From an uncultured archaeon (GTDB lineage Archaea > Asgardarchaeota > Lokiarchaeia > Sigyniarchaeales > SOKP01), in the NCBI GenBank assembly GCA_964486045.1, contig CAZALK010000002.1, forward strand, positions 160,001-224,000: a DNA stretch of 64,000 nt. The letters run 5' to 3'. The notes under the pieces are model-generated. The model was not told the origin of the DNA and did no database searches. It worked only from the letters and a program-made list of their open reading frames with translations. Position numbers and translations under genes: made by a program. Within the stretch, counting starts at the first letter, position 1. Every line of letters starts with the position of its first letter. Of the stretch, positions 60,380 to 64,000 are shown one piece after another.

Positions 60380-61459
60380 TTATTGTACATACTTTATAGC
60401 CGTTTTTAATGATTTTTCTGCATCTTTAATTATAGTTTCTATAATATCGGGGACCGATTCAACTTTGTTTATAATTCCTATGCTTTGTCCGATCAAAACG
60501 CCACCATTCTCCATATCTCCTCGATAAGCTGCAAAGGCTGCCTTTGCATCTTTCCTTAATTCTTCATCTAGTTTTTCCTTTGTAATTGCGGCTCGGTGGT
60601 CTTCCAGAGCCTTTTCTTCTGCCATTTTTTCTTCTTTAGTTGTTACTAATCCCTTTGATAAAGAAAATTTGTTTTTCCAATATCTAATGGTTCCAAGCAC
60701 CCCTGTTTTTATGACAGTATCTTGAGATTTAGCAGCTGGTATAATATTTTTGTAATTTTCATGAAATTCGCTATCTTTGGAGGCTATAAATCTTGATCCC
60801 ATAGCAATTGCTCCCGCACCAAGAGATAAAGCCGCGGCCAACCCTGCTCCAGTTGCATATCCACCACATGCAATTTTTGGGATATCAGGATGTTTTTGCT
60901 GCATTTGTTGCAATAATACCATACCTCCAACTTTTTCATAAGATTGGTGCCCTCCGCCTTCGAATCCTGTTACCACGAGACCATCACACCCCGATGCGAC
61001 ACATTTATCAGCTAACCAAAGTGCAGGAGCAACATGAAAGTGTTTAATCTCTGTTTGTTCCCTTAGTTTTTGAAAATCCTTATTTTGGGGAAATTTTGCT
61101 GAGGAACCCGCACTAGAAAGAGCATATAAACACTGTTCTCTCAATTTAGGATTAGCCATAATATGTTTTGCAGCTCCACTTATAATCGTGTCACAACCTA
61201 CTACATTCCTCGAAGTTATAATGTTAAATCCAAAAATTCCAGTAGTATGCTCTACAACATAATCGAGATTTTTCTTCAGGGCTACTAAGTTATTTTTTTC
61301 ATAACCATCCATAGATACCGTTGAAAAGGATATCGTACCAAGCCCACCTGCGTTTGCAACTGCTGTGGCTAATTCTGTAGTTCTAAAAGGTCCCATAGGT
61401 GCATTTACGATTGGAACCTTGGTTCCAAACATCTCGGTAATATTTGTTTTAATTGTCAA
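60380..61459 (-). CDS. Nitronate monooxygenase / FabK-like FMN oxidoreductase
   Basis: PIVNAPMG, AVANAGGLG, GFEGGGH, ACGG, MGSRF, GQSIG. Confidence 0.88.
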   Translation of the reverse strand: MTIKTNITEMFGTKVPIVNAPMGPFRTTELATAVANAGGLGTISFSTVSMDGYEKNNLVALKKNLDYVVEHTTGIFGFNIITSRNVVGCDTIISGAAKHIMANPKLREQCLYALSSAGSSAKFPQNKDFQKLREQTEIKHFHVAPALWLADKCVASGCDGLVVTGFEGGGHQSYEKVGGMVLLQQMQQKHPDIPKIACGGYATGAGLAAALSLGAGAIAMGSRFIASKDSEFHENYKNIIPAAKSQDTVIKTGVLGTIRYWKNKFSLSKGLVTTKEEKMAEEKALEDHRAAITKEKLDEELRKDAKAAFAAYRGDMENGGVLIGQSIGIINKVESVPDIIETIIKDAEKSLKTAIKYVQ

Positions 61460-61552
61460 ATTTGATCACCTTTTTTTTAATTGAATCGATACCTAAAAAA
61501 ATTTACTCTTTTGCAGAATCAAATTATCCTTCGGAAGCAGAATGGATTAGTC

Positions 61553-62335
61553 TCACTTATTCTTTTTTTTATGAAATTCAATAATGTCTGATTTAAACTC
61601 ATCAAATGATTCCGTAGGAGGTCCATCTGGTCTGTAAGGTTTATCATCAAAATATAATAGATCCCCAATCTTAGGAGTTGAGGATATATCAATGATTGAG
61701 CAACACGCAATTTCTTCCATCTCTTTCGCTACTTTTTGAGCATTTAATGCACTATCAATTTCATCGCCACACCATCCGCACAAGTAAGCAGTTAGCTTAA
61801 CCTTGCCCTCTTCTGGTTTTGGAATTGGGATACGCCGAATTTTTGGGGCATCTGCTGAATCGTCCCAATTTTTCCACACAAGCACATCGTATCCATTTTT
61901 ATCAGTACGTATATATCCCATGTGCTCATAAAAAGAAACAGGATTCCAATGCGGAAAATCTTTACCCCAAACTGCAACGCCCTTATAACCGGATTCTCGG
62001 GCATCTCTTTCCACATATTCTAAAAATAAACGACCATATCCCTTGCTTTGCTGGTTACCGACGAGATGTTCATAACCATGAATCCACATACATAAGATTG
62101 CCATTAATGCTTTTCCCTCAAATGGAGAATGTTCAATTGGTAGATATTGGCATAAACCTACAACAGTTTCGTTGTCATCAATTATAACTTTAGCCCGTAG
62201 CCCTTTGGTTTTCATTTTTGCATACCATTCCTTCCGGATTCTGGTAATCTCGGGATTTTGTGGTTTTTCATCGTGCAAGCACCGAAAGAACGTATCTTCA
62301 GTATTTTCATCGATTTCAAGAATTTTCATTTTCAA
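61553..62335 (-). CDS. GNAT-family acetyltransferase
   Basis: VGLCQYLP, ILCMWI, QSKGYGRLFL (acetyl-CoA loop), FYEHMGY; C-terminal CGWC. Confidence 0.8.
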   Translation of the reverse strand: MKMKILEIDENTEDTFFRCLHDEKPQNPEITRIRKEWYAKMKTKGLRAKVIIDDNETVVGLCQYLPIEHSPFEGKALMAILCMWIHGYEHLVGNQQSKGYGRLFLEYVERDARESGYKGVAVWGKDFPHWNPVSFYEHMGYIRTDKNGYDVLVWKNWDDSADAPKIRRIPIPKPEEGKVKLTAYLCGWCGDEIDSALNAQKVAKEMEEIACCSIIDISSTPKIGDLLYFDDKPYRPDGPPTESFDEFKSDIIEFHKKKNK

Positions 62336-62498
62336 TTCCTCCTGTATGATCTTAAATCGATTTCTTAAAAAAATTTCTCTTTAACAAAATCAAGTTATAT
62401 AATCATTGATTTACTTATTATTTGTGATTGAAAGAGAAATTATTATTCAGTAATATTCCAGAAAGGAAAATAAGCTTATTCAATAATAAGCATGATAA

Positions 62499-63260
62499 TT
62501 AATCGCTGCTATAATTATCTCTGATGTCTTTTATGGCAGTTCCAGGCATAACACCTTTCGGACAAACTCTATTACAGACAAAAAACTTCTCACATGCTGG
62601 GACTCCATTATCTCGTAAGACTCTGGATAAAATTAATTCCCCTTTTTTACTTGTTAGCCTAGAATCTCTTATGAATCTATCAGCTTTAGCTAGCTGTGCT
62701 GGTCCAAGGTAATTGACCTTGTTCTTACTAACTGGACAAGCCCAACATAACCCACATAAAATACAATATACTAGTCTTTCAATAATTTTCATCTGTTTTG
62801 GAGATTGTGAAGATTCTGGAGCTTTATCATTCCAATCTCTTGTGAAAAATGGTTCGACTTCCTTATAAAAATTCCAGAAAGGCGCCATGTCAACAACCAA
62901 ATCTTTTAAAACTGTCATATTAGGTAACGGTTCAATTAAAATTTCATTTTCAGGATCCCATTCTGATTGATCACCAAATTTAAATTCTGGTAAATTAGTA
63001 GGCTTTTTACTCGATTTTACTGTTGAAATTTGTGTCCTGCAAGCTAATAAAGGGATTTTATCAATAATCATTCCACACGAACCACATATGGCTCCTCGAC
63101 AAGCATAACGAAATGCAAAAGTTGAATCATAATAATCTTGTATATAGAAAAGTGCATCTAATATACTTGCTCCTTCTAAAACTGGAACTTCAAATCGTTC
63201 ATAATGATTATTTCCGTCTCCAGAATTCCTATAAACCAGAAATTTATTTTTTTTTTCCAT
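62499..63260 (-). CDS. sdhB: Succinate dehydrogenase/fumarate reductase iron-sulfur subunit
   Basis: CRGAICGSC...LAC, KDLVVD, CILCGLC, YLGPA, C....VCNRVCPKG. Confidence 0.9.
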   Translation of the reverse strand: MEKKNKFLVYRNSGDGNNHYERFEVPVLEGASILDALFYIQDYYDSTFAFRYACRGAICGSCGMIIDKIPLLACRTQISTVKSSKKPTNLPEFKFGDQSEWDPENEILIEPLPNMTVLKDLVVDMAPFWNFYKEVEPFFTRDWNDKAPESSQSPKQMKIIERLVYCILCGLCWACPVSKNKVNYLGPAQLAKADRFIRDSRLTSKKGELILSRVLRDNGVPACEKFFVCNRVCPKGVMPGTAIKDIRDNYSSD

Positions 63261-64000
63261 TAGTATTTCCTCTCTTTCACTTCAAATATTCCTAATTTAA
63301 CTGATTTGGTTTTAATCTCTAAACCACCTATTCCTCGATAAACCATTGAATGCTTAAGAAAATCATCATCATTGCGAGTAGGATAATCTGTTCGGAAATG
63401 AGCACCTCTACTCTCATTTCTCCATAAAGATGTCAGCGCGGTTGCTTCTGCAATATCTAACATACTTCGAAGCTCTAAAGTGCGTATTAATCCATAATTA
63501 AATCTTCGATCTTCAGTAGACACTTGTGTTTTTAAGAAGTCTTTTTGTAATCTCGGAAGTAAATTACATGCTTTTTCAAGATCCTCTTTATTTCTATAGA
63601 CACCTACATTCAAATTCAGGGTTTCTCCCATCTCATCTCTAATTTTTACCGGTTTTTTCCCTGAATTCTCGTTCCAATTCTTAAATAAGTTCTCGATTTT
63701 GTCTAAAGTGGCAGCCTCAACTGCTTTAATATCACTTAAAGATGATTTCTTAGGTAATCCTTTATTAAGCAATTTTCTTCCCAAATATCTGCCAAATACA
63801 GCAGTCTCTAATAAAGAATTGCCTCCTAATCTATTAGCACCATGAACTGATAAACAAGAGCATTCACCAATTGTATAAAGTCCGGATACGTCTGTTTCTC
63901 CATAATCTCCATTAAACCTTGTAGCAATTCCCCCCATTGAATAATGTTGTCCTGCTTGAACTGGAATTGGGACTTCTATTGGGTCAACACCTGCAAAATA
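63260..64000 (-). CDS. sdhA: Succinate dehydrogenase/fumarate reductase flavoprotein, 3' part (runs off the window)
   Basis: HYSMGGI, SVHGANRLGGNSLLE, ESRGAHFRTDYP; TAATG overlap with sdhB. Confidence 0.93.
   Translation of the reverse strand, partial: YFAGVDPIEVPIPVQAGQHYSMGGIATRFNGDYGETDVSGLYTIGECSCLSVHGANRLGGNSLLETAVFGRYLGRKLLNKGLPKKSSLSDIKAVEAATLDKIENLFKNWNENSGKKPVKIRDEMGETLNLNVGVYRNKEDLEKACNLLPRLQKDFLKTQVSTEDRRFNYGLIRTLELRSMLDIAEATALTSLWRNESRGAHFRTDYPTRNDDDFLKHSMVYRGIGGLEIKTKSVKLGIFEVKERKY

Noticed and set aside
1745-63295. Many 60-180-aa ORFs antisense to or nested in real genes (e.g. 2330-2695, 36712-37254, 39381-39698, 61819-62187)
   Set aside because: They overlap well-supported genes, lack motifs and look like codon-bias shadows

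Overview
AT-rich archaeal chromosomal DNA, most likely from an Asgard archaeon of the Lokiarchaeia (Promethearchaeota) type. This assignment is inferred from the eukaryotic-signature genes, archaeal PEP carboxylase, GGTGA ribosome-binding sites and Loki-style NosD surface proteins. The window holds about 55 genes. (1) Central metabolism: two aconitases, citrate synthase, fumarase, SdhAB, PpcA, tandem glutamate dehydrogenases and a rubredoxin-fused TPP enzyme. (2) A glycan-use block (GH3, YdjC, GH29, LamG). (3) A compact JAB-E1-E2 plus ubiquitin-precursor cluster with no E3. (4) Three membrane-anchored left-handed beta-helix (LbH) acyltransferase-like genes that resemble a split epsilon-poly-lysine-synthetase terminal region. 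(5) A gelsolin/helical-repeat gene pair, an SDS22-like LRR protein and a SelB-like pseudo-GTPase. Several features are absent from the ORF track: a UGA-containing (UxxC) peroxiredoxin-like selenoprotein with a eukaryote-type SECIS hairpin in its 3' UTR; four genes whose conserved N-termini seem to need near-cognate starts (ATT, CTG, ATA, ACG); two tandem zinc-ribbon microproteins; a surface protein whose membrane anchor lies behind an in-frame TGA; and decayed gene remnants (Rab-like GTPase, TPR, longin, methyltransferase, aconitase 5' end). No rRNA, tRNA, CRISPR array or transposase was recognised. All calls come from reading motifs by eye; no database searches were run.
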